DNA of 63,439 nucleotides, from positions 1-63,439 of the IMG/VR virus record IMGVR_UViG_3300044825_001916. One strand, written 5' to 3'. Made by a program: the position numbers and the translations under genes. The notes beneath the pieces were generated by a model. It had not been told where the DNA came from. It made no database searches and saw only the letters and a list, made by a program, of their open reading frames with translations. Within the stretch, counting starts at the first letter, position 1; each line of letters opens with the position of its first letter. This stretch comes from a virus (Duplodnaviria > Caudoviricetes). Shown in pieces: positions 31,378-41,225 of the stretch.

Positions 31378-32331
31378 ATGGCACCCCTCCCGCCCATCCC
31401 CATCACGACCGTCGGCGCGATCTACGCAGCCTACGAGGCCGCGCGCGAAGACCATCGTCGCGGGCACCTCGGCGCGTCCCTGATCGGCGGCGAGTGCGAT
31501 CGCGCCCTCTGGCTGACGTTCCGCTGGGTGTCGACGCCCCAATTCGACGGCCGCATGCTGCGGCTGTTCCAGACTGGCCACATGGCTGAGGCGCGCTTCA
31601 TCGCCGACCTCCGCCGCATCGGCGTGACGGTCCACGAGACCGACCCCGAGACCGGCCGCCAGATCTCCGTCTCCGCCGCCGGCGGGCATTTCTCGGGCTC
31701 CCTGGATGGCGCTGCGATCGGGATCCCCGAGGCGCCGAAGACCTGGCACGCCCTTGAGTTCAAGACGCACAACATGAAGTCCTTCGAGAAGCTGAAGCGC
31801 GACGGCGTGCGCAGCTCGAAGCCGCAGCACTGGGCCCAGATGCAGGTCTACATGCACCTCTCGGGCATGACGCGCGCGCTCTACCTCGCGGTTTGCAAGG
31901 ACACTGACGAGCTGTACGGCGAGCGGGTCGAACTCGACGAGCCGCACGCGATGAAGCTGGTGGCGAAGGGCCAGAAGATCGTGCAGGCGGCGCGGCCGCC
32001 GGAGCGGATCTCCTCCGACCCGGCATGGTTCATGTGCCGCTACTGCGACCACCGGCCCAACTGCCAGGCTAAGGCGATGGCCGACGTGAATTGCCGCACC
32101 TGCGCATGGTCGACGCCGCTGACGGACGGAACCTGGCGCTGCGAGCGGCATCGCAAGATCCTCTCGATCGGCGACCAGAAGGCCGCATGCGCGGATCACC
32201 GCTACATCCCGGATCTCGTCGCAGGCGTGCAGGTCGACGCGGGCGAGGATGGGGCCTGGATCTCCTACGCCATGCACGACGGCACGACCTGGACGGACGG
32301 GCGCGACGCGAAGCCGGAGCCGACGCCATGA
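31378..32331 (+). CDS. Cas4-like PD-(D/E)XK exonuclease
   Basis: HLGAS.IG..C.R.LW, GSLDG, LEFKT, H.AQMQ.YM, CRYC....C. Confidence 0.85.
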   Translation: MAPLPPIPITTVGAIYAAYEAAREDHRRGHLGASLIGGECDRALWLTFRWVSTPQFDGRMLRLFQTGHMAEARFIADLRRIGVTVHETDPETGRQISVSAAGGHFSGSLDGAAIGIPEAPKTWHALEFKTHNMKSFEKLKRDGVRSSKPQHWAQMQVYMHLSGMTRALYLAVCKDTDELYGERVELDEPHAMKLVAKGQKIVQAARPPERISSDPAWFMCRYCDHRPNCQAKAMADVNCRTCAWSTPLTDGTWRCERHRKILSIGDQKAACADHRYIPDLVAGVQVDAGEDGAWISYAMHDGTTWTDGRDAKPEPTP

Positions 32332-33929
32332 TCCAGCTGCGTCCCTATCAACAGGCGGCCATCACCGAGATCTTCAGCTGGTGGGAGAAGCGCCCCGGCA
32401 ATGCCCTGATCGTGCTGCCGACCGGCACCGGCAAGTCACTGGTGCTGGCGGACACCTGCCGCCGCTGCCTGGAGTGGCCCGGCACGCGCATCCTGGTGCT
32501 GACGCATGTCCGCGAGCTGATCCGCCAGAATGCCGAGGAGCTGCTGCGCATGTGGCCGGAGGCTCCGCTCGGCATCAACTCCGCCGGCCTGGGGAAGCGG
32601 GACTACCGATCACAGATCGTGTTCGCCGGCATCCAGTCCGTTCACAACCACGCGACCCGCTTCGGCAAGGTCGACATCGTGCTGGTCGACGAGGCGCACC
32701 TGATCCCGAGCACCTCAAACACGATGTACCGGAAGTTCCTGCGCGAGCTGGAGGTGATCAACCCGTACCTCAAGGTGGTGGGCCTGACCGCGACGCCGTA
32801 CCGGCTCGACAGCGGGCGCCTCGACCAGGGCGAGGGCAAGATCTTCGACGGCATCGCTTATGAGTACGGCATGCGGAAGGCGGTGGAGCAGGGCTACCTT
32901 TCGCCGCTGGTGTCGAAGGCTACTGAGACGAAGCTGGACGTGACAGGCGTCGGAACGCGTGGGGGCGACTTCATCGCTGGCGCGCTGGAGCGCGCGGTCG
33001 ACATCGACGCGATCAACCGGGCGGTGGTCGACGAGACGATTGCGCTAGGCCAGGACCGCAAGGCGTGGCTGTTCTTCTGCGCTGGCGTGAAGCACGCCGA
33101 GCACATCCGCGACCTCGTGCGGGCGCGGGGCTACACTTGCGAGAACATCTTCGGCAGCACGCCGAAAGCGGAGCGCGATCAGATCGTCGCTGACTTCAAG
33201 GCGGGCAAGATCCGGGCGCTGGCCAGCATGGGCGTGCTCACGACCGGCTTCAACGTGCCGGCGGTGGACCTGATCGCTCTCGCCAGGCCGACGCAATCGC
33301 CTGGGCTGTACGTCCAGATCGCCGGCCGCGGGAGCCGCCTGGCGCCTGGGAAGGAGAACTGCCTCGTCCTCGACTTCGCCCGGAACATCGAGCGGCACGG
33401 GCCGGTGGATCTGATCAACCCTCGGAAGCCGAAGCGTGGCGACGAAGAAGGCCAGGCGCCGGTGAAGACCTGCCCGTCCTGCGAGTGCTTCGTGCCGATC
33501 TCGGTGCGCGAGTGCCAGGAGTGCGGGTACGAGTTCCCGCCCCCTCCGCCGCCGAAGATCGACCGCACGGCGTCCACGCTGGCGATCCTGTCGAACGGGA
33601 AGCCGCAATGGACCCGCGTGTCCTCGGTCACCTACCACGAGCACCGCAAGGCCTCGGAGCCTGACGCGCCACCGACCCTGCGCGTCGACTACCGCTGCGG
33701 GCTGGTCACGCATCGCGAGTGGGTCGCACTGGAGCACAAGGGCTATGCGCGGCAGAAAGCGGCGTCGTGGTGGGTTAGTGTTGGGGGTCGAGCCCCTGTT
33801 CCAGACACTGTCGCCGAGGCCCTCGGGCGCGTCGGAGAACTTGCACCCATTGAGGAAGTCCAGCTCCGCGATGTTGGGCGATACGCCGAGATTGTGGGGC
33901 GTCGGGCTCTGCGCTCGGTGCCTGCGTGA
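32328..33929 (+). CDS. SF2 DEAH helicase (RadD/YejH-like)
   Basis: LRPYQ, PTGTGKS, DEAH, GLTATP, LTTGFN, Q..GRG.R, CxxC-CxxC. Confidence 0.92.
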   Translation: MIQLRPYQQAAITEIFSWWEKRPGNALIVLPTGTGKSLVLADTCRRCLEWPGTRILVLTHVRELIRQNAEELLRMWPEAPLGINSAGLGKRDYRSQIVFAGIQSVHNHATRFGKVDIVLVDEAHLIPSTSNTMYRKFLRELEVINPYLKVVGLTATPYRLDSGRLDQGEGKIFDGIAYEYGMRKAVEQGYLSPLVSKATETKLDVTGVGTRGGDFIAGALERAVDIDAINRAVVDETIALGQDRKAWLFFCAGVKHAEHIRDLVRARGYTCENIFGSTPKAERDQIVADFKAGKIRALASMGVLTTGFNVPAVDLIALARPTQSPGLYVQIAGRGSRLAPGKENCLVLDFARNIERHGPVDLINPRKPKRGDEEGQAPVKTCPSCECFVPISVRECQECGYEFPPPPPPKIDRTASTLAILSNGKPQWTRVSSVTYHEHRKASEPDAPPTLRVDYRCGLVTHREWVALEHKGYARQKAASWWVSVGGRAPVPDTVAEALGRVGELAPIEEVQLRDVGRYAEIVGRRALRSVPA

Positions 33930-34218
33930 GGCTCGGGGGTTCGGGTTCAGCCCGGCTCTCGCGAAGCTGAAGGGACCAGACGTCGGGCTGTGCTCGCGTC
34001 ATTGCCAGGAGAGATACATGGTTGACCCCACCCCGAACGAGAAGGCGGCCCTCGGCGAGGCTGCTGGCGCTGCTGGTCGGCACATTGAGATCGTCGGCAA
34101 GACCGACTTCATGGACTGGACGCCAGAGGAGTTCGACGGGCTGATCGAGGCCACCGTCACGGCGTTCGTGGAGAAGCTGAAGGGGCTCGTCGCGAAGGAC
34201 CGGGAAATCCCGCTGTGA
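33871..34218 (+). CDS. DUF6511-like Zn-binding protein
   Basis: CARC.REARGFG...CS..CQ...DPTPNEKAA; start uncertain. Confidence 0.6.
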   Translation: MLGDTPRLWGVGLCARCLREARGFGFSPALAKLKGPDVGLCSRHCQERYMVDPTPNEKAALGEAAGAAGRHIEIVGKTDFMDWTPEEFDGLIEATVTAFVEKLKGLVAKDREIPL

Positions 34219-34430
34219 TGCTGCAGCTGGACCCGCCGATGCCGCTGGAGACCCCACGCGGCAAGGCGATGGCCCACGTCCTGATCGACTACGGCTCAGA
34301 GCATCACCTGCTCTGGGTCTGCTTCCAGGACGAGACCGGCGAGTGCTGGACCTGGGCCAACCCCGATGTGCGGGCCCAGGCCAACCCGAGCATGGGCCGG
34401 CATGCCGTTGAGAAGCCGGCGCGCCGGTGA
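34215..34430 (+). CDS. conserved hypothetical protein
   Basis: QLDPP.PL.TPRG...A..LIDYG.EHHLLWVCF...GECW. Confidence 0.7.
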   Translation: MMLQLDPPMPLETPRGKAMAHVLIDYGSEHHLLWVCFQDETGECWTWANPDVRAQANPSMGRHAVEKPARR

Positions 34431-34696
34431 GCAGAAAGGAAACAAGCGCCATGTCGCATGGACCTTGGCAGCCTATTGAGACGTTCCCGCAAACATGCGA
34501 GCCCGTCCTGTGGACGGACGGGTTTCGCATGCGCGTCGCCAACTGGACGCTTGAGATGTTCGATCATCCCAACGGAACGATAGTCTGTTCCGCCGACATG
34601 GAAGAGCTTGAAGACGGAATTGCCTGGATGGCAATTCCTATCCCGCCTTCGCCGTCCGAGCGGTGGCCAACCCGCCCTTGCGCTTCGTCTTCTTGA
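34427..34696 (+). CDS. DUF551-like protein
   Basis: WQPIETFP...AWMAIP.PP; overlaps the convergent gene. Confidence 0.55.
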   Translation: MSRKETSAMSHGPWQPIETFPQTCEPVLWTDGFRMRVANWTLEMFDHPNGTIVCSADMEELEDGIAWMAIPIPPSPSERWPTRPCASSS

Positions 34697-37600
34697 CCTT
34701 GCCGCCCTCGGCGTAGAGGTCGATCTCGCCGCGCAGGAACTTGTTGTAGGTCACGTCGATTGGCTCACCGCGAATGCGGGCGGTGACGCCGATGCGCTTC
34801 TGCAGAGCTTGGAGATACGGGATAGGCTCCGACTTCAGGCCGGTGTCCTTACCGCCGCCGACCCATGCAGCAGACTGGGCCTGGGCGGGCTGCATCTTTC
34901 GACCCTTGGCGACCTTCTGCCCCATGCTCTCCAGGTAGGCGTATTCGCCTGGCAGGAGCGCGCCCTCTTCGCCGAAGCTCTTCTTGGCGCGATCCATGCC
35001 CACGATGTCGCGGATGTAGTGCGTGTCGGAGGTGATGGGGCGCCAGTTGCCGAGCAGGTTCTGCTGGTAGCTGATCGGCTTCGGGTTGCTCACCGGATCC
35101 ATGTCGCCGCCAAGGAACTCGCGGGTGCGCTGCGCGTGCTGCACCTGCGCCTTGGCCCCGTACGGCGGGGGGAGGTCGCCGGCCAGCGTCTGAACCGTCT
35201 TTCCCGTGCGCGGGTCGGAGACCTGCACGACCTGCGGCAGGGGCTCACCGCGGAGTGCGCGGTTCAAGTAGTGCGAGGCCGTGCGGATGTTGCTCTCAAT
35301 CGGATTGGTCATTGAGGTTGAGGCGTTCACCAGCGTCCAGAGGCGGAAGCGCTCGTCGCCTTCGGTCGGACCATACATCGCGCGAAAGTCATCGCGCAGC
35401 TGCTGCAGGTTATACCAGCCCTGGTTCTGCTCGCCGCCCGCTTCAATGTAGCGGCGCAGACGCGCGGGGCCCTCGCGCTCAAGGCCTTCAAGGCGCTCGG
35501 TGACCTTCGGCGCGGCACGGGGGAGGTCGAACTGAGGTACATCCGGCATGCGGTTCAGGGTCGCCGGAGAGAGGTCGTAAAGAACGCCCCTGCCGCCCAC
35601 CTCGGCGTCGTAAGACGTCGCGGCGCGGTTTACCTCGCGGGCGATGCGCGTGCCCTCGGCCAACTTGCCAGAGGCCTCTGCCGCCTCCTGGGAGGGCAGG
35701 CGCATGCCGGGCAGCTTGCCGGCGAACAGCGCCTCGGTCGTCGGCACCTGCTTGGTCTTGCCCTTGCTGTCGGTGAGCGTGACCGTCTTGCCGTGGCGCG
35801 AGATCGCCTCGCCGATGACCTCGCGGTCGGCCAGCTTCAGGCGGGTCGCGGCGTCGATTGCTTCATCGGACTGGCTTGCCAGCCCCTCGCGCACGAGCGG
35901 CGATGCGCCCCCGCCGGTGAGGCGGAGAGTGTCGTACAGCTCGCCGAGCTGCTTATAGGTGAGATCGCCGGATGTGCGAGCCGCGCGATTGATATCTGCG
36001 GCCGATGCCATGCCTGGCGGGGAAATACCGGACAGGGCAGGAGGAGCGTCAGCTGCGCGAGCGGCCGACAAGCCGCCCCTAGTGGCCTCGCTGCCCTCCG
36101 GCACCAGGCGCTCAGCGAGGGCCCGCGCCACCTTCATCACCGCGCCACCGCGGCTGTAGCCGCCGATCGCCGCAGCGCGGCGGGCGCCCTCGGGGGACAT
36201 GCGCTTGCCCATCTCCTCGATGATCGCCTCAATGATCGGGCTCATCTTCGGTTCCTTCACTTGGCCGCCTTTCGCGAAGCCGGGAGGTCCAGGGGGCGGG
36301 AGGAGCGGAGTGCTGGGAGGCGCTCCGATCGTGGGCTCGATACGGGGGGCGGCCGGCCTGGCGGGGGGCGCGCCAGCCCCCACCGCCTGCGACATGGTGC
36401 GCAGGGCGCCCATGATAGCGCCGCCATTCGGGCCGCTCAGGAGCTTGTTGATGCGATCAGGATCGCTCGACGACAGGATCTCGCCGACCTCGCGCATCAC
36501 GTTCTCGTTCACGCGGGTGCGGCCGCGCGCGAGCAGGCCGCCCAGGAGCGCCGTGCCGCCGGTCGTCAGCGGGTCGCCGGACGTGAAGATCCCGACGCCT
36601 GCGCCCGCACCTGCGCCAATGCTCATGTCGCGCAGCTGCTGGGCGGTCGTTGAGTTGCCCTGGGTCGCCGACCGCAGGCGGTTCATGATGCCCTCGCGGC
36701 GAACGAAAGCCTCAAGCTGGCGCAGCTCGTCGGGCGGCATGATGACTTCGAGCTTGCGTCGGTTGGCGCCGTCGAACAGCTTCACCACGTCGCGGCTGTC
36801 GGGCGCATTGCGCACTGTGTTCGCCAGCTCGGCCGCAAAGCCTCGGCGGAACAGTTCCCGCTCCGGCTCGCTCATGGAACGGAAAGCTTTCTGTGTGTCG
36901 GTCAGCTGGATCGCGCGGTTCTGGCGGAAGAAGGTCTGGCCAGCCTCAAGCGCGTCTTCCGCGCCAAAGAACTGACGGGCCGTGCCGCGCGCCTTGCCGA
37001 ACTCCGGCACCGCCGCGTCGAGTTCCTGATTTAGGCGGTTGCGAAGCGCTCTCAGATCGCTCTGCCGAGAGCTGCCAGGCGCCGCGGCCTCGGCCGCCTC
37101 GCGCAGGTTCCGCTGCACCTGATCCCAGAACTGCAGGTTCGGACGGACCTGCCCCCCATCGGGGGTCGTGTTCCAGACAATGCGACCCTGATCGTCGAAG
37201 CTGAAGGGATTGCGAATGACGATGTTGCCTTCAAGCGCAGCACGGTCTGCGGCTTTCGCAGGAACATCGCGGATCGCGGCCTGCACAGATGGCGACTGCG
37301 CAAGCTGCTCCAGCTCAGGGGTCCACAGGTTGGCATTTTCGCCAACCTGATAAGCGGCGCGATAGAGCGGAGCGTTCACACGGCTCGCTGTGGCGCGCAG
37401 GGTGTCGTTGGTCGAAGTCATGTTCAGATTGCCGCCGAACAGGTCTTCGATGAAGTCGCCAAAGCGGGCCTTCTGCTCGGTGTAGCGAGGATCGGTGGAC
37501 GCGCGCAGGCGGGCGGAGGCGTCTTCCGACACGTTGCCGGCGGCTCGCGCCAAGCGAAGCGTGCCGGTGGCGCCGAGGTCGCCCACCACGATGTCCTGGC

Positions 37601-38369
37601 CGGCAGCGCGAGCTGCGGCGATGTCGGCCGGCGAGAGCACGTCCTCGACGCCGCGGGCACGGTCGGCCTCGATCGTGCGACGCACGACGCGCTCGGCGAA
37701 CCTCTGCGGAGCGACGATGCGCTGCCCAGCGTTGAAGACCCCCATGCCAACTGCAGGGATCGCCCCGAAGGCTGCACCGAGCGCGCCCTCGGTTGCGGCG
37801 CCCATAAGGCGATCTTCCGCTCCCTCACCACGGCCGAAGCCGCTGGCCGCGCCAGCACCGCCACCAGCGGCGATGGCGGCCTTCGCTCCTCGGCCAACCA
37901 GACCGAGCGGCATCACCGCAGAGCCAGCAATGTTCGCGCCGAGGTAGGTGTTCGGGAACTGCTCTTCGGCCGCGCGGTCGATCGCGCGCTCGACATCACG
38001 AGCGGGCGCGTAGGCTTCCGTCGCGCGGCTGCCGAAGGTCTGAGGGAATGCGCGTTCGGCCGCCATGCGGGCGCCCCCGACATTCGCGGCGAGCGCGCCG
38101 AGCATGGGAACTCGCTCGGCCACACCGCGAACGGCTTCCGGGAGGCCCGCGACGCCGGCCGCGCGCAGGCCCGCGAGTTCGTCGTTGAAGTTGGCCTGGA
38201 AGCCGGCCCTCGCCGCCTGAGCGGCCGCCTCCATCTGGCTCATCTGCGGAGCCGTCGCTCGGCCGCTCGCGGCCTCCTGCATGACGCGGTTGATCGTCTC
38301 CGGCGACGTGCCCGCCGGAAAGTTGACGACGAGACCGTTCGGGCCGTTGACGCGGATCTGCTCAGCCAT
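34638..38369 (-). CDS. large putative ejected (DNA-transfer) protein with C-terminal HhH-GPD glycosylase-like module
   Basis: Helical Ala/Gly-rich body, GNSTTAQQ; FAKGG, YSRGG, YAEGG motifs; K-x17-DTH motif. Confidence 0.7.
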   Translation of the reverse strand: MAEQIRVNGPNGLVVNFPAGTSPETINRVMQEAASGRATAPQMSQMEAAAQAARAGFQANFNDELAGLRAAGVAGLPEAVRGVAERVPMLGALAANVGGARMAAERAFPQTFGSRATEAYAPARDVERAIDRAAEEQFPNTYLGANIAGSAVMPLGLVGRGAKAAIAAGGGAGAASGFGRGEGAEDRLMGAATEGALGAAFGAIPAVGMGVFNAGQRIVAPQRFAERVVRRTIEADRARGVEDVLSPADIAAARAAGQDIVVGDLGATGTLRLARAAGNVSEDASARLRASTDPRYTEQKARFGDFIEDLFGGNLNMTSTNDTLRATASRVNAPLYRAAYQVGENANLWTPELEQLAQSPSVQAAIRDVPAKAADRAALEGNIVIRNPFSFDDQGRIVWNTTPDGGQVRPNLQFWDQVQRNLREAAEAAAPGSSRQSDLRALRNRLNQELDAAVPEFGKARGTARQFFGAEDALEAGQTFFRQNRAIQLTDTQKAFRSMSEPERELFRRGFAAELANTVRNAPDSRDVVKLFDGANRRKLEVIMPPDELRQLEAFVRREGIMNRLRSATQGNSTTAQQLRDMSIGAGAGAGVGIFTSGDPLTTGGTALLGGLLARGRTRVNENVMREVGEILSSSDPDRINKLLSGPNGGAIMGALRTMSQAVGAGAPPARPAAPRIEPTIGAPPSTPLLPPPGPPGFAKGGQVKEPKMSPIIEAIIEEMGKRMSPEGARRAAAIGGYSRGGAVMKVARALAERLVPEGSEATRGGLSAARAADAPPALSGISPPGMASAADINRAARTSGDLTYKQLGELYDTLRLTGGGASPLVREGLASQSDEAIDAATRLKLADREVIGEAISRHGKTVTLTDSKGKTKQVPTTEALFAGKLPGMRLPSQEAAEASGKLAEGTRIAREVNRAATSYDAEVGGRGVLYDLSPATLNRMPDVPQFDLPRAAPKVTERLEGLEREGPARLRRYIEAGGEQNQGWYNLQQLRDDFRAMYGPTEGDERFRLWTLVNASTSMTNPIESNIRTASHYLNRALRGEPLPQVVQVSDPRTGKTVQTLAGDLPPPYGAKAQVQHAQRTREFLGGDMDPVSNPKPISYQQNLLGNWRPITSDTHYIRDIVGMDRAKKSFGEEGALLPGEYAYLESMGQKVAKGRKMQPAQAQSAAWVGGGKDTGLKSEPIPYLQALQKRIGVTARIRGEPIDVTYNKFLRGEIDLYAEGGKVKKTKRKGGLATARTAKAG

Positions 38370-38370
38370 G

Positions 38371-40119
38371 TCAGGGGGCTCCCGGAGACCAAGTGAACGA
38401 TCCGTCGGCGTTGGGCGTCAGGCCCCCTCCGCCGGCGCCTCGCTGCCGAGCCTGCTCTGCGGCAAAGCGTTCCTGAGCTTCGTTGAAGCGATCAAACGGG
38501 CTGGGAAGCTGATCAAAGCGTCGCAGCGCTTCCTGGCGAGTGATTTCGCCACTCTGCGCCTGCATCGCAATACGCCCGCGCGCGATCTGGTATTCGGCGA
38601 CCGACTTGAGGGTGTCGGAGACCATGCGCCGACCGTCGGGCGTCGACATCAGACGAGGCAGAGAGGCCTCGAAGTTGCGAGCGTCGAAGTCGGACACGGC
38701 GCCCGGCATGCCCTGGCGCTGAGCAGGGATCAGCTGCTTCAGCAGGGCCGAGGCAACCTCGTACTGCGTTGCCTGCGGGCCAAGGCCGAGGCGCGCCGCC
38801 TGCTGAGCGAACCAGCCGGGGATGCCGCTCGGCAAGTCGCGCATGACCGTTTCCAGCTGCTGCAGGCGACCCAGAGCTTGCGTGGCTTCGCCGGCGCCAG
38901 TCGCCAATTCCTGGAACGAGCGAGCCTGCTGCTCGGCAGTGCTCTCCGCGAAGCGACGGTTGGCGGCGTTCGCGGCGTCTTCGTTCTGAACCTGCCTTTC
39001 AGCTCGCTCTCGGAAGAGGGTGATTTCTGCTTGACCCTCCGGGCTTTCGCGCACGATCCGACGCGCGTTCTCCACCAGCTGACGCCCCTGCGGGCCAGCA
39101 TAGCGGCTGGGGTCTGCGGCGGCGGCGGCCAGCAGGCGCTGAGCGGCCGCAACCGTGGGGTCGCTTGAGATGGCGCCGCCGGCGATGGGCTCGGCTGCGG
39201 GAGGCTGCGCGGCTGAAGCAGGCGGGGCGGCTGGGGCGGCCGGAGCGGGGGCGGTAGGGGCAGCAGAAGCGGGAGCAGCTGCGGCAGGCGCTGCAGCAGA
39301 GGCGGCGGCAGGGCGACCGCTCTGAGCCGAACTCCATGCGGCCTCAAGATCCGCCAGGGCGCGGTCGAACTCAGCGGACAGAGCCTGATTTCCGGGATCG
39401 GCCTGCACTCGAGCCTCAAGCTCCCGGGCGCGCGCAATCGCGGACTGGACCTGGGGGGAGGCCTCGGGGTTCACCGTAGCAGCTGCGGCAGGGGCGGCGG
39501 CAGGGGTGGCCGCGGCGGCCGGAGCCGGCAGAGGCGTCTGCGTGACCTGCGGCTGCGGACCAATCGGGGAAGCCGCCGGCATCGGAGGCTGAGCTGCACC
39601 CGGCACCGTGAGCTGGGCGCGCGTCTGCGGAACGCCAGGCTGCCCCTGGCCGCCCTGGAGCAATCCGAGATCTGCCAGCGCGCCCTGGGAGGCCGCAAGC
39701 TGCGTCGGGAACTGCAGGGCCTGCCCAGTCAGCGCCATCCGCTGCTGCGTCGCCTGCAGGCCAAGGTTCGCCGTCGCGGCCTGGAGCTGCTGGATCCTCA
39801 TCGCGCGGTCCAGCTCGCTCTGGCGCTGCTGCTGAAGGGCGCCCGCATATCCTTCCGCACCAGCCGCCAGGCTCTCGCCGAAGCCGCCCGCACGCGTCGG
39901 GCGCAGCAGGCCGGAGGCGAGCTGTAGCAGGGGGCTCGGGCCGGTGCCGCGCTGGCTGTTCAGGAACTCCATCAGCGCGCTGTTCGCGGCCCGCCCCTGC
40001 TCAAGGCTCTGCTGGATGTTCTCCTGCGCCTGGCGATACTGGGTGGGGAAATCGCTCGCCTGCTGTTCGATGAATTGGCGATACGCAGCGAGGCCGCCAG
40101 CCGGATCGTTCTCAGCCAT
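38371..40119 (-). CDS. putative ejected/internal virion protein
   Basis: Gln/Ala-rich, GGFGESL, Pro/Ala linker, GAVSDFD motif. Confidence 0.65.
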   Translation of the reverse strand: MAENDPAGGLAAYRQFIEQQASDFPTQYRQAQENIQQSLEQGRAANSALMEFLNSQRGTGPSPLLQLASGLLRPTRAGGFGESLAAGAEGYAGALQQQRQSELDRAMRIQQLQAATANLGLQATQQRMALTGQALQFPTQLAASQGALADLGLLQGGQGQPGVPQTRAQLTVPGAAQPPMPAASPIGPQPQVTQTPLPAPAAAATPAAAPAAAATVNPEASPQVQSAIARARELEARVQADPGNQALSAEFDRALADLEAAWSSAQSGRPAAASAAAPAAAAPASAAPTAPAPAAPAAPPASAAQPPAAEPIAGGAISSDPTVAAAQRLLAAAAADPSRYAGPQGRQLVENARRIVRESPEGQAEITLFRERAERQVQNEDAANAANRRFAESTAEQQARSFQELATGAGEATQALGRLQQLETVMRDLPSGIPGWFAQQAARLGLGPQATQYEVASALLKQLIPAQRQGMPGAVSDFDARNFEASLPRLMSTPDGRRMVSDTLKSVAEYQIARGRIAMQAQSGEITRQEALRRFDQLPSPFDRFNEAQERFAAEQARQRGAGGGGLTPNADGSFTWSPGAP

Positions 40120-40135
40120 TCCGATGTCTCCCGGT

Positions 40136-41221
40136 TCAGCTGCCGCCCAGGGCGCGCGCGAGTGTCAGGCCGCCCAGGATCTGAGCGAGGCCCGAGGGCT
40201 GGTAGGTCGACGCAGGGCCCGTCGAGGCCGTGTTCGTCGTCTGCGAGTAGGGCTGACCGCGCACGAGGTTCGACAGGAAGCCGAGCTGCGTCTTCGGGTA
40301 GTCCCGCTGCGCCACGAAGTCCTGGTAGGCCACGTCCAGGTTCCGCTGGTCGAGGGCCTGCTGCTGCTGGCCGATCGCTTCAAGCGCCGCCGTGTCGGTG
40401 TAGCCCATCTGCTGGCCGATGCGGCCAAGCGCTCCGAGCTGCTGCCCAGCAGCGATGAGGTTCTGGTTGCTGACGTTCTGCAGGTTGCCCTGAACCTGGC
40501 CGAGCTGGCCGAGGTTCTGCTGCTCCTGGGTGCCGAGGCCGCCCAGAACGCGGCCAATCTCAGCGCGACGCTTCATGTCTTCCTGGGCCGCCGTCAGCGC
40601 GCCCTGGTAGCCCTTGTTCAGCAGGTCGCCCTGTGCAGCCAGGGCGCTTTCTTGGACATCTCGAAGGGCCTGGCCGGTGGCCTCCTGCATGCGGCTGGAG
40701 CCGAACTGGCCCGCCCGCACGAAGGTGTCGCTCACCTGCGGCATCAGCTTCTCGCGCAGCTGCCGGGCCGCCAGGTCGCCGATGCGGTTCACGACGGCGT
40801 CCTGATAGGGGCTCATGTATTCGCCGACCATGCTCGGGGCGGTAGCGCCGGCGGAGCTGAGATACGGCATCGCAGCGCCGGTCGGGGACATGCCGATCGC
40901 CTGGGTCAGCGTCGGGTTGGCCACCTGAAAGCCGGAGGTCTGCGTCGCCTGGTTGATGGCGCCGATGCCCTGGTTGATCGTCGGCGTGAAGGCGCCCTGC
41001 TGAGCGCGAGTGGCCGCGAAGGCCTCGCGCTGGGCGGGGCTGAAGTCGGCGAGGCGCGGGGCGCCGTAGGTCTGGTAGGGCTCAGCCGCGACGGCGTTGC
41101 CCTTGGCCAGCAGGCCCTGCGTGTAGTCGGACAGCCACTGCGGGATGTTCGCGGTGGTCGTGCCGTAGGTGTTGACCGAAGGCGGAGCCTTGCCTTGGAA
41201 CAGGAAGTCGGTGACGCTCAT
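40136..41221 (-). CDS. putative ejected/internal virion protein
   Basis: YMSPY...AGQFGSSR...GQQQQ...Q.DYP; Gln/Gly-rich. Confidence 0.7.
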   Translation of the reverse strand: MSVTDFLFQGKAPPSVNTYGTTTANIPQWLSDYTQGLLAKGNAVAAEPYQTYGAPRLADFSPAQREAFAATRAQQGAFTPTINQGIGAINQATQTSGFQVANPTLTQAIGMSPTGAAMPYLSSAGATAPSMVGEYMSPYQDAVVNRIGDLAARQLREKLMPQVSDTFVRAGQFGSSRMQEATGQALRDVQESALAAQGDLLNKGYQGALTAAQEDMKRRAEIGRVLGGLGTQEQQNLGQLGQVQGNLQNVSNQNLIAAGQQLGALGRIGQQMGYTDTAALEAIGQQQQALDQRNLDVAYQDFVAQRDYPKTQLGFLSNLVRGQPYSQTTNTASTGPASTYQPSGLAQILGGLTLARALGGS

Positions 41222-41225
41222 GGGC

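Noticed and set aside
31378-32331. Cas4-like gene as evidence of CRISPR-Cas
   Set aside because: No repeat-spacer array or other cas genes; it sits in a standard Sak4-SSB-exonuclease-helicase module.
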